A stretch of DNA of 64,000 bases, from the NCBI RefSeq assembly GCF_000150275.1, contig NW_002060943.1:11594878-11658877 (forward strand), given 5' to 3'. The stretch comes from Trichoplax adhaerens. Taxonomy: Eukaryota > Animalia > Placozoa. Shown here one piece after another: positions 17,544-31,320 of the stretch. How positions within the stretch are numbered: the first letter of the stretch is position 1; each line of letters starts with the position of its first letter. The translations under genes were made by a program, and so were the position numbers. The notes under the pieces are model-generated. The model was not told where the DNA came from, ran no database searches, and saw only the letters and a list, made by a program, of their open reading frames with translations.

Positions 17544-19702
17544 GTTTTGCTTGCCATTAAACGCGAATGCTTTTACGTTTCTAGACAGTACAGATTGCTT
17601 GACATAGCTGATGAAATGTATTCAAATAGAAGTAGAATTTAGACAACTCATACGTGTATAATACTGCTTCATTTTAGTATTTATATTTGCAATATCGCGT
17701 TACAAGCAGGAGATCAGTTCTGCTGTGGTGCATGGCAATAATTCAATTCTGCGTATTATTTCAACATATCGTCTTAGCTCTACAACGCAATGTCGATAAA
17801 CACCACGGTAAAAGAGGCAAGATACCATAGTTGAGCGTTCACTGTTAGTAAATTACAAGAAAATTGTTATACAGATTTCTCAGACAACTGTTGTATACTG
17901 TATTTTGGTTCATAAAACTTTTCCTTAATGCTCGCACGATATAACAAGCATTCCGTACGAGAATTTACAAACATTTCCTTTTACTGTATCTTCAATTTTA
18001 TTCCATATCTGAAGTATTTCATATCTGAATATTTCTGGTAGTAATAAATGTTTTTTTAATGAAATTATGCTTGGTTATTACATCTGTACGCCTATTACGT
18101 GACTTGTTCTGCCTCGCGATGTGCCGGCAGACCGCAATTTTCATTTCTTCCATCGACAAACGAAATATTATTTTTGAATAGCTCTACAGAAGTCATTATG
18201 GTTGCTGCACATTAGTGTACAGTACTGTAGTACTGTAGTCTGCAGTACAGTATACTGTATTGGACTGTTTGAGGTATGCTCGTAAATAGCCAATCAGAAC
18301 GCAGGATTTTAGTCGTGGTTAGTTTAAAAATCGTTTCGCGACATGCGCGCTTCATGAGAGAAAATGAAGAGGTGTTTGCTAGGCAACGTTCAAGCAAAAT
18401 TACCAAGAATGACAATTATTCTGATGAATTTTTCTTAATCTAAATGATTTGAAATTTCGTAACTTTGAAAATATTTTATCGAATTTCCCTGCTACTAAAC
18501 AGTAACTATATCATGCGAGTATTAATATTATAATACAGAATGGCAATGAAAAGCGATATTAGTATTGTTCAGTAGTCGTTGTATGCACTACTACAAGAAA
18601 ACGAGGACTGACAGCGACTGAAAGGATTATTTCAGTGTTACAGACATTAAAATTTAGAACACCTTACGGGCTAGTGTAATAGAGCCAGAATGAGTTCCAC
18701 TCTTGGAATGTAAAACTGAGGATAAAAAATTGCTAGTGATTAAGATTAAGGACATAGCAAATACACAGTTCTGCGAGTCCTGCAAGGCATGATGTTGACA
18801 CAGTAAACTACTATATTAATACCACTGTGCAGTATGTGTGGATAATGAGGTAACGTAGAGTTATCATATTTGTTATAGTCTTCCTTTGTTTTGAAGAAAG
18901 ACTGTACATGTCACCAAACATCAGCAAATATCATTGCTTAACCGGTAGCGATTATAGGTGGAAAAAAACTGTAAACGCATACGATCTTGTAATATCAATA
19001 GATAAATTTTATGACTAAAACTAGTATAACAGTCTACTACATTGATACCGGATTGAAATTGTTATATTAACCGTGGGAACTTATATACCGAATTATACAG
19101 TACCGTATAATCATTGTCTATATGCTATACAGTAACTTTAACGGTATACTGTGTTATATTATATATATATGTTTTATACATATACATATACACCTACGGG
19201 AAAATTGACATCGTTGTCAATCATAGTACTATTAACGTAAACGCTGTCATCATAAAATAAATCGCCATCTCTATATATCTGAATCACGTCCAATTATTTC
19301 GTAGCCAGAACATCGAAAATCAAGCATTCCATCTTGGATATGTACAAAATAACAGAGTAGCGGTATGGAATGTTATTTTAATTCTTATCTAATGCGTAGT
19401 CATACTGCAGTATAAGAAATAACTAGTAGCTAGTGAAGCAGTAGTGATTCAAGAATTAACGAACCCTCCAAAGCGCAATTGCTTGGTAATAGTATTAAAG
19501 AATTATTACCAAATTTTATATTCAACATAAAGCATACAAGGAGGATATAGTAGCAGCGTATTATATAACTTAAAATAGGAAAGATAGATCGTAACAACAG
19601 TAGGATGAAGTAATCTTTATTACATAATTATAATTCATACTGTTCTTGTCTTATATTTTTTCACCATTTAATAGCGTTTGTTTATAATAAATGTAGATTG
19701 AT

Positions 19703-22700
19703 ATGGAGAGTCCATTTCAAAATAGAGAAGTTAACGATGCACAACTAGCTTTTAATCATAAGAATACATCGCAACGATTTCAGCTAGGTAAGAAAGAATT
19801 TCATTACCAGTAACACTAACATGCAGTATTTCTTAATCAATTAATGTTCATGAATTCGACGATGTTTAAAAGGTGCAAGACATTCTAATAATAATAAATT
19901 AGTTGCTAATCGATTCTATTTAGGTGAATTTGAAATGATAGCTGGTAATTTAGCAAAGAGCATAATACTGATGAAAAATTTTAAGCATAGACATACATAT
20001 CGAAGTAGATAGCAAAAATTCTCAGTTGTTTTAGATAGATTAATTGCTTGTAATATCAATTATGATCGACTTTGTAGCCTGTGCGTGTGCACAATTTGTA
20101 TGTATAATATGTTATACAATACACACTAGCAACTGTCTATCATGACTTAGTCTTCCTGAAGTAGAATTAATGTATAGACGGATATCTTTAATGGAATATA
20201 AATTAGAAACCAATTGGTAATAATTAGGTTGCATCTCCCTAATAAGTAATACTTTTACGTACGTTAGGCAAATTTTATAGTTTAGTACAATGAAAAAGTG
20301 TCAATGGAGGAGATTTTCTAACAACTACTGTATTATTTTTTGCTTATTATTTATGGAGTGTACATTTCGATTTATTATACGACTATAATTTATTGTCTAA
20401 ATGCTATAATCTTAATACCTTCACTGATTCTGTATTCAAACAAAAAATTTTTAATTTGATTGATTAGTTCGTACAAATACATATTTTAGGGATTGATCAA
20501 TTCAAATTAAGAAAATTTTTTTAAAATCCGTCTTAATATTGATTTATTATTATCTTCCTTTAAAATTTTCGATTCTAATTAAGTTTCATATGCGTGCATT
20601 GCTATGATAAGGTGATATAAATTACAATTACCAGCTAAAAATTTGTTTGCTTAAATAGCTATTGATCTCAAGTTAGCTTAATTCCTTTAATGTGTTTGTT
20701 TTATCTAATTTTATGGGGAAAGAATGTATTAAAAAACTTACTTAGTTAGATTAGGAATTTTAATGTGTATGAGACGATATGAATATTGCTAGTGGTTACA
20801 TGTTGGATAAATACAGTGTCAGAAATAGCGCTTTGAACTATCCTTCTATAGAATTAAATTCAAAATTCTTTGAATAATTTTTCACTGCAGACATCAGATG
20901 TAAGGGTAAAAATTAAGCCTCATACAACAGTTCATCATAATTGTCTTTAAATTGAAAGCTACCTCCCCATTAGCGAAATACATTTATTTTGTTGTTCAAA
21001 TTGCCTACTCACCAAGATTTGGCTAAGTAGAGTAAAAAAGAAATTAATTTGTTTGATAAAATAGCAATTAGTACTTTGTCCAGAAATAATAATAGTCCGA
21101 TTCAGTCGCGTACACCTGCTGCCGGTCTGGCCTGACAATTATATAATGATCGTTTTATAGCTTACGTAACGAATATAGAGGTACAAATAAAACGTAGTGG
21201 CTGCACTCATTATTTGCTTGCACAATAATTATTAGCAGGTTATGCTATATTATGATTTTTTCGCTTTTAAAGTCCTAATTTATTAGAAATCTATTAAATT
21301 TATTATAACATATTCACACAGATTACTTTTAATTAAAATTTACATTGAGGCAAAACTTTAAGGCTTCATTATTTATTATAACATCAATATTTAACTATTT
21401 TCGACGTAGTGTAATCGTTTTATTTTCTTATTATCCATGATTGGAAGAAATAAATCCATCACTCTTATTGTTTAAAATTTCATACAGGCAGCAAAAATCC
21501 ATTAAAATTTACCATCAATTGTTTAATAATACGTTAACTCGTCTAACTTTTTACAGCTTCTGATAACATTAACAGCCGTAGTGATACAGAAACATTTCTC
21601 GGATATACTTCCAAGGTCAGTTACTTAGTGTTTAATTTACTAGATATTCGTAACTGATTGGACTATGAAATACCGCTAATTATTATTGTTATATAGTTTA
21701 ATAGAGAAAATAAAACAACGCTACGGATTATATCATTTATGAAACTAAAGCTATGCAATCAGATATTCTATAACGTGTTGTTAACGTTTACTTATCGCTT
21801 CTTTTAGTCAATATTACCAATGGCAACATCATCAAGCACCAATCGACCTCATTCCAATAACAGAAATGTGGGTATTATACCAAGTAATGTGCCTAAAATT
21901 AATCGCACATCCTCACCAACATATAGCTATACTGGTACTAATCGAATAGCGCCAACAACATCATCAATAACTGCTCTACAAGGCCAAATCAGTATAGCTA
22001 ATATGGCCTCAGGCTCAGTTGCCAAAAATAATAATGATAAATCTAACAGTAGCAGCTTGAATAAAACGCAAGAGGAATTTAACATATCGCCATCTAAGCT
22101 GGTATGTGTCAATTGATAAATACTCTATAAGCTATTTAATGAAGTACGAGTATTAATGTTAACTCGTATTAGCATATTTTTATCCTAAAATTTAAGATAC
22201 TAATATTATATCGCTTAGTGTCAATAGAAAAATTGATAGTCGCTAGTGTAACGATTTATTTTCACAAACTATAATAATAAGAATGATTAAACTTTCGGAC
22301 ATACAATGTTTATAATTTTATTAGAATGCAGCTTCTGAATTAGATACTATGACAATTCAACGACAACGACATGAATTACAGTTACTAATAGCTGAATTAA
22401 AGGATAGAGATAGGCAAGTAAATTTATTAAATCGTTGTCACGGACTCTAATAGTTAACTAATTAAATTGCTATTGAATGCTATCCGTTAGGGAATTGAAT
22501 GATATGGTTCAAGCGCATCAGAAAGAAATTGCAGTCTGGGAAGAAGATAGAGAAAGGGTCAGTTATAAATAGTATTTTAGATATTACTGTACGAACTATA
22601 TTAAATATCTATAATATTGTAATAGCATAATTGTAGTCATTGTAATACTGTAGCTTAATATACCGTAAAAAAATGAACTCAGAACTTCCTGCAGATAGCT

Positions 22701-25700
22701 ATACTCTGCAAGACCAATCTATAGTTAGTGAGCTAGCTAATGATTATACGAGCAATAGTGCGAAATATGAAATGTAGTCATGTGTACGTAGAATGCGAAG
22801 TCGAAAAACCTCGAAATCTTAAATGCTTGTAATAAAGTGTGAGTTACTAACTCTATTCGTGGAGTGTACTTGTAGCTTAAAATATAACAAGGTAATTCAT
22901 GCATAATATTAGTAACAGTTACATTACTACAAGCTCAGTCAAAAATTAAATGGCTAATAATAATGAGATTTCTATTTAACGCAAAATTGTTTACAATAGT
23001 TGAGGCAATCAGAGCATAAGTGTGCTCGGCTAGAGGGTGAACTTAAACATAGACGAGAACAAGTGAAATCGTTACAAACGAGGTGAGGATATGAAATTTA
23101 CTTATCCTATCTACAATTTTGCTAGGGTTAATGACTTAATGATATTATTAATATTGTATCTTACTGTTATTAGAATAAAAATTGTCGAGAGTCAAGAATA
23201 TTCTAAATCACGTGCACTCGAAGACGCCCAGGTAATCGTATTCCGTTAAATCTTTCAAAATATCTATCATCAGATGTTTTAGCTAGCTACTGTCCAGTAA
23301 GAAACTGGTACTCAAAATCTATATCGTTCATTATAATTAGAGAAAAATTCAGCAAGTAAATGAACAAGCCAATCTATCATCACAACACTGTCAGGATTTA
23401 GAGGTGGACTATTACGATAATTAATTACAATGACTCCATTAATGCGTGTTGCATCGTAGAGTAGAAATTAAACATTTTCAAAAAATTTCTTACATGATCG
23501 ATGATATACGCATAGGAAAAAAATGAAACCCTATCTACTTCTCTACGAGACTTATCCACCTCAGTTGGTCATTTGCAAGCTCGTGAGCAAGAATTACTTA
23601 CTATGTTTAACTTGAAGGTGGGCATTGCAACTTCCACTTTAAATTTCAATTAAGCTAGCTTTTATTAATATACAAATAAGGTTTCTTGCTAATGATGAAA
23701 TTTTCTTACATCTAGGAAAATGATTTGACGGAAGCAAACAAGATTTGTAACGATCTCAGGAAAAAGTTCAAGAAATTAGAAATTATGTGTGAGGTAATTT
23801 GCAACAGTTTTATATCTTGCGTATTTTATTCCTTTTAAATTTGTGATCAGATCATCATGATGGTACATGTGTCAGAATTTTATTCGCAAGTACAAATTGA
23901 TACAACTTAACCATAATTTTATCGTTGTATAAATAAAATGAAAGGAGTGTACTAGGTCAGAAAAAGCTGCGCGAGCTGATCTTGCTCAATGGCGACAACA
24001 AGCTGCTGCAGCTAAGGAAGAAGTTGAAAAATTAAGAAGTAAAGTTAATAGCATAACTAGGAGAGTTGAAATTGATATAACTGTCTATCATTGTAACAGT
24101 TTGGTTTATTTCTTAAAGATGAAATTGAAAAACAGTGCATAAGTGGTGATAAAGCACAAGCTGAGCTGTCAAAAGTAATTTAACGTTAATGTTTTAAAGT
24201 ATTTTGATTCTTGTTTTATGTCATGTCTTTAAAGTACATAAAAAATTTTAATTGTAACACAGAACAAGCAAGAAGTGGCAGTTTTACAGAAAGAGTTATT
24301 TTTAGCAAGTAAGTCTCAATAAATATTCCTTTTCGTCTAAATAATAATTTAGAGCTACTAGAGCTTTCTTTACGAAGATCAATATAAAAAGGCTTATAAT
24401 TTTTTTGGTGTTTGTGTAGATGAGCGAGACAAGAGAAAAGAACAACTTATTGAGTTACAAAGATCTAAACAAGAGAGAGCAGATGCAGAATTAGCAAATC
24501 TTCGCCAGGTTTGTCTGCATACTAATATAGTTGATAAATTAAAGGGCGATTTCAGTTTTCATTCATTCATTTTTAGTTATATGTGTTGGAGCTATATATA
24601 GACAAACTCATCAGGTCGATAGTTACAAACAAATTGAAGGTATTGTATTGTATTACACGGACTATCATATTAGGTGTATGATCGACAACAGCGGGATCTG
24701 TCAATTCTTCGACTTAATTATCAAACATCAAGAGACAGAGCATCAATGCTTGGGACCGAGTTGACGTTTGATACAAGTAATATCGACAACGAACTAAATG
24801 TTAGTGGTCGTGATGATATCTTTAACTCTATTCATAAAGCATCATCACCAAATATGATGGGTTTGGAAGATAATTCTAAGGGCAAATTGAATGAAACAGT
24901 TGAGTTTTTCATTTCAAAGTGCTTACATAACTGCTATTGTCACTCTTGAAGGAATTCTAGAGCATTTGGCAGTACAATACTACTTAGTTAGCGAAATTGC
25001 TCTTTATTATTTAATAGCTTTCTCCTAGGAATTTTACTTTTTTAATAATATGTCATTTCAATTGATAGTATGAAGGTACTGAAGATGCCGAGGACCTGGA
25101 AGGTAAATTTTTCCCCTAGATCATGGGCTACTATAATTTTGAAATAATCTATAACTAAATTATAATTTTTGATTATTTTGGTCAAATGTTCTATTATAGA
25201 TGGTGCATCATCATCATTTAAAGAGGATAATGCTATTTATGGCAGTTTAGGCAGCAACGCAGCAAATGAGAATCAGGATAAAAGTCAGGTCAGAAAAGTA
25301 GTTGTAAACCAGTCTTAGAAAAGCTCATATAATTTCTCTATGATTGCGTTATTTCCGGTTATGTACTTCAGTAGTATGCGAACTTTCAAGCAAGAATATC
25401 TAAGATCTTTCGTAATTATATATCTTTTTCATTGTTGCATCTCTTAACATAGACCGGAGAACAATCACTATTAATGTCAAAAATGGAACAGACTTTAAAA
25501 GAATCTCGTGAAATAGTTGAAAACTTGCAGCAGAGATCAATCGTTCCGTCTAATTCGGTAAGTACGTTTCGTGCTATGTACTGTATTTATACGTGTGTAG
25601 ATATATACCGTACATATGGCATTATAAACAATTTATGTGATTGTGTCCTTGATTCAGTCATATCTAGCTGAGATGAGAAATATTCTTCAATGCCCTAGCA

Positions 25701-25993
25701 TATGACATAGATACGATATTGAGTTATCTAATTGATATTTGAATGTAGTAGTAAAAAATCTTGATGTATCCATTCATAGAGTAAGTAAACTTAATTATAT
25801 CGAATACATCTGAAAATTGAGTTACTACATATGAATTATTGTTACGAATCTGACTGAAAGACAATGAACTTATCGTTTTTTCGAAATATAAATGTTATTT
25901 GAACGTAATTAACAGATCAATCCTATTTTGCAGATACATGAAGGAAAAGAGCAGCATTCTTTTACTAAGAACAGTCAAATAAGCACTGAATAA
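19703..25993 (+). CDS. CCDC62: Coiled-coil domain-containing protein 62-like, ~18 exons; 5' exon(s) less certain
   Basis: Spliced peptides TIQRQRHELQLLIAELKDRDRELNDMVQAHQKEIAVWEEDRER, VGHLQAREQELLTMFNLK and DERDKRKEQLIELQRSKQERADAELANLRQVYDRQQRDL closely recall the CCDC62 N-terminal coiled coil. Confidence 0.8.
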
Positions 25994-27394
25994 TTCCCGA
26001 TGATACATTTACTCTGTAGTATTTTCTTGCGGTTAATACGACTAATCTTGTACGTAGGAGAATAACAGAGATATCATAACCACATCAATTTTATACTTAC
26101 CTTTTTGTGAAATTTTCCATGATCATTACGGTTTATTAAAGGCTCCTACCCTATTATAGTTGCATCAGAACAATTTGGCAGTTGCTATATTCTACAGTTA
26201 TTTATGAAATTCTATTTCCTCTTTAATAGTGTTTGTAATCAATAAGCTTAAAAATGAAAATCTGATACTTCCATTCCATGAATTTAGTCGTTATAATAGC
26301 TGGTTAAAGTTGTCAGAATCTTCCTAATGTTTTCCTAGGATGAGTGTCGATAATCCTAATTTTGAAATCGTATACTAGAAATACATATACTAAATTCATT
26401 GCTAAGACTATTTTCAATTCCAATATCTGATAATAAAGCAAAAGAGTAATATGGATTACAAACTGGATTATCAATTCACTGAGTATGATCCGTTTGTCAC
26501 TAGATTGAGCCGTATATTGCGTTTGGTAGAAATTGTAGTACAGAAGTAGCTCATTAACTTGATCACTGTTATTATTTATGACTGTCTATATCAAGTACCA
26601 AAGTACGGAATGCGTATCTTTGCATCATTTAATAGATGCAACTACGAATCCTAGTAGTAAATAGCCGTATTTTAGTTTAATCATTGATTAGTGTAATAAT
26701 TGCTCGCCTAATTGACTAATTTGCCTTAACCCTTTGTAAAAACTAGTCAGTTATCGTAAAGGACAGTTTACTAAGTCGAAGCTCATCAATTATAGCATCA
26801 TTTTTCTATTCTGCTAATAAAAATTAGTGATCAAATCAATTGAAGACGTAATAATATCTAACCGATGGCTAAAATACTTAGCTTACCACATTCTACACTG
26901 TACCTGCTTAATACCTAACTACCTATTCGTGCATGTTACATATATATAATTAATTAATGACACCTATTCTGAAATATCACGATTTAATCGTTTTTATTGT
27001 ATACCATGGTTCATTTACATACGGTTTTCAGCTAAGAACTTAGTTCAGATTCGCAATTTAATTTCAAATTATTCTATCGGTTTCCTTACAGCTGCGATTG
27101 CGATTTACATTTCGGTTCTAAGAAGTTTTTTACAGTTGGCGCCTATTAGTAATTTTAAAGTACTTCACAATAAAAGCTATTTATATGTTGGAGGTTGCTA
27201 TATTTTTGGTTTTGCTTCACCTATGAATATTGTACATTTACAGAATGGCATAACTTTTAATTTTACGATATATCGAGTGTATATGAGTTTATTTTTTATT
27301 GATATATGAACCTTTTTTACTACTACATTATGTCTAATGGTTAAGATTTCTTCAGTTGCTGTTGTTGGTTTTGTGCATTTACGGTAGACTTAAT

Positions 27395-30300
27395 TTATTT
27401 TGCTGGTTCGTAGCCAATAATTGGAAGTTTCTATAAGAGAAAAACAATACATGAGATCTAGTGTTGTATACAGTTTTTAATCAGCAATATTATATGGTTT
27501 ATTAATGCCCAACAGTATAAAAATGAAAAAAGATGTAAATTGAAATATAGCCAGGTAAACTAAAACTACTTAACGACATTAGTGGGTCATAATATTAATT
27601 TCATGTTGATACATCAAAGTTATAAAATTATTAGATCTATCCCACATAGAAAAGGCTGTGGTAGTCTATTACGGTATATAATCAGTAATTATAAAACCCA
27701 TGCTAAGTGTCAAGTATCTCTATACAAAGAAGTAATTATTGGTAATATCTGTTTATAGTCATCTATTCTGCAGCCTAATTATTAATAATTTAGAATAGTT
27801 ATTAGGGACCGTTACTAATTACAGAATACACTTAAGATATATTTTCAATTCAAACCTCCACTTCTGTATCACTCAATTTATTTATGCGCTCAGGATCGCT
27901 GTAAGCTTTTGAGATATGGATAATTCTAGATATCATAACTTGTTGGTCATGAACCAGAGTAAAGGATGCAATTAAGAAACAGCCACAGCCAATGATACAT
28001 AAAAATGGGCTAGCCATCATTGCATATCTTAATGCATATGATTGAGAAACAGGATCCTTGCTTGTCGTTATACTATCTGCTATCTAAATAGTGTAAAATG
28101 TAATAATCATAGTACACGTACACAGCCTTTAGTTAAGTTATTTGTGCATTAAGATAAGAAATTAAATTTTACTTTTAATTACATTTATAATGACTTACAG
28201 CACCAATAACGTATGGGCTAAATGCATCTCCGAATAAATGTGAGATTGTTATTTGGAAGGCTTGAGCAGTAGATCGTCGAGCTGGGATAATAGTATACTA
28301 TTCAAAGGAGAGATAGATAATCGATAACAATAAATAAACTATACGATGAAGATATGGGCTGAAACTACAGCCAAATATTAGGTATAAAAAATTAATGTTG
28401 TGAATTGAGGAAGGATAGTCTAAACTTACTAATACTATATCTAGAATTGGTGTCCATACCATACATAAAAACATAAACGTTACAAAAATAATAGCCTAAA
28501 TACATGAAGAAGAAAAAATGTTGTATGATTAGGACAGAATTATTTGATAGGATACAGGTACGATTAGTCTAATAGTTTGGCGATTAAATAAAGCACCCAA
28601 GTTAATGCCATATTATATGAAATCAGTATTGAAACTGCATAGATGCAAATTCCTGAGGCACCAGATGCTATTGCGCATAGGATAACATCAGCACATTGAT
28701 ATCCATGTTTTTTTGCCCATCTAGTTATCTCAGCGCCAAGCATCGTTCCCACAATACCGGATATGCAAAGAACGAGACCAAAAATTGAACCGATCCTTTC
28801 GGCAACATCAAGAAAATTAGGCTAATTTTAGCATCTAGTTTATAAGGACCTTAAAATTTATTTTTATAATTATGAATGCTGATTGTTATACTGTATAAAC
28901 ATAAAGCCTTTCTTTCTAATATGACTCATTGCGTTTAGTATTTAGTAAAAAAAAATAGTAAGTTAAGATCACACTAAATAACATACGTTGATAAGTTTGC
29001 TGTTCCTTTCGAGCTAATAACTACATAAAATATAATAGAAGGTCCCCAAAATGCCATTACTCCAGTAGCAAATAGTTGGCATGTAAATCCTATAGTTGTC
29101 CATATAAAAGTCTTTCTATGGGAATATTCAAAATTTAAACAATTTTCAAATTACTGGTAAAATGTAGTAGGAATGCAAATATGATTTGATAATATGAAGA
29201 ATTAGGTATGCAAGTTAGACTAATTTGCATAAATTCAATCAATTTCAAGGCAATAAGCCATAAGAACTTTGCTGTCTGCAACTAGATTAGACGCAATTAA
29301 TCAGTACTTATTAGTTATATATCAATCATTCATGCAATTCTATTCAATACATGAAATCAAAAAGACATAAGCTTTTCTTTAAATGATTTATAGATAAGAT
29401 ATTAAATATTCTAAATGGGAAACATGAATTGAATGGTCATGATTTCTTGCACACTTGATTCAATTTACATTCGATAGCTCATGACTTACGTCATAATAAT
29501 ATCGATGATATCTTCTTTAAGTGATGTTGGTTTTATTCCATGACCGCTTTTTGAAATTTGCCCTCTGATATCAGCTTCACCATGAGGAGGATTAGCGTTA
29601 AATAGTGCACAAACAATTGCGGCTGCACCTCCTATACAAGGAGCAATCTAAAAGAATTTTTTATAATAAAGTTCAATACTTTTGACTAGATTCATCAATG
29701 TACATATATTTGGAATATAGTTTCAATTTTTGTAAAGGTTGTAGTCATTTTCTGGAGCTCTACTCTTTTTGAAATTAAATTTTATGATTATAAGAATCAT
29801 CACTTACGGTTAATCAAGCTCGTATCATCATTAATGTCAAATAATATGGACTAGGTGTACTTTATATCTAGTAGTCAATGCAAATAGCCATCCTATTAAA
29901 TTATCGTCTACTCACTCGAAATGCTGCTCTCCAAGAATGAGTGGCTAGATTCACCGTAGTTCCTGTCCAATAACCTAAACCACTGTTGACAATAGTGTGG
30001 CATGGATATTTAATATAGAATTATCAATGTCCGTTAAAATTGACCCATATTTAGTATCAAATTAGTATATTAATAAATTTATTACGCATTTATTTCTACC
30101 TTCCTATCGAGATGCCAAGATTAAACAAAGCTAGTATTCGTGATCGATTATCTTTCGTAAAAAGGTCTGCAAAAATGCTAGGAGCATTTGATGCAAAGCT
30201 AGCTTCTCCTATTCCGACTGTTGCTCGTAGTAGAAGTAATAACCAAAAATGCTTTGTAAGGAAACAGAGAAGATATTATTTATTTGGTATTAATGATACC

Positions 30301-31320
30301 AAGAATATTATTTAGAATCATGCTCAATAACCCTCCTGCTTTAAGGAGTAGCCAAGATTGCTTTAGGTATCTTAGTCAACTACAAAAATAAGGATATTAC
30401 TGGCGTGATTTGATACCAATAAATTGCCTTACTTTACTGACTGTGAATTAATTTCTTGACAAAAGGGTTGGAGTTTATTTAGTAACTGTCGCAGGCGGAA
30501 TTTTTAACTTAAAGGACTAAAATGGCTGTACTATTATTATATATCACTGTCAATTTCGTAGCTCAGTATTGTTTGAATAGTTTAGCATAGCAACTAGAAG
30601 CATCGACTACGTTATCTTTAAAGAAAATAGCTGGCGAGTGAAATTTATTATTTGCTCTAAATAATTAATTAAGTACATACTTGGCTTCCTTCCGGTATGA
30701 AGGAAGATACCATGATAACACTTGACCAAATCAGCATACCAAAAGCCATGACATGATTTCTGTTATACCGATCTCCAAGATATCCAAATATAGGAGCAAA
30801 AAGTAGAAAGCCACATATTGACAATGTTTGTATTAAACCTGATAGTTGATCGTCCACTTGGAAAGCACGTTTAAGGTTTGGTAAGACGCCTGCGGATTTG
30901 AATATTAAAAATCAGTTTATCAAGCACGTTAGAACTAGAGAGCATTGCATACAGTATGTAGCACAGTTCGTCTCTCTACTCAGCCTTTTACTGACAATTG
31001 CGATTATTACTTTCAAATTTAAAGTACTAACAAAATTAAAGTGGCTAATTAAATGTTTAAATATTTTATTACAAGAACTAAATTTCAACTATCATCATAT
31101 TGATGTACCCATTTAGCATGCAGAATAAAGATTTAAATCATAACCATATTAAATTTCTAAATAAATTGAAATTGACAATCTATAGGCATGAAATAAAAAT
31201 AGGAAAGATGACTAATTAATTATTGCATGAACCTGAAACTACATTACGATCCATATTGTTGGCTAAGCTCATCGTGAAACAGGTCATTACGGTAATGATA
31301 ACACGGATTTTCGTCACCAT
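27395..31320 (-). CDS. SPNS: Spinster-family MFS transporter, paralog A
   Basis: [67 protein letters not shown]; same intron positions as the other paralogs. Confidence 0.88.
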
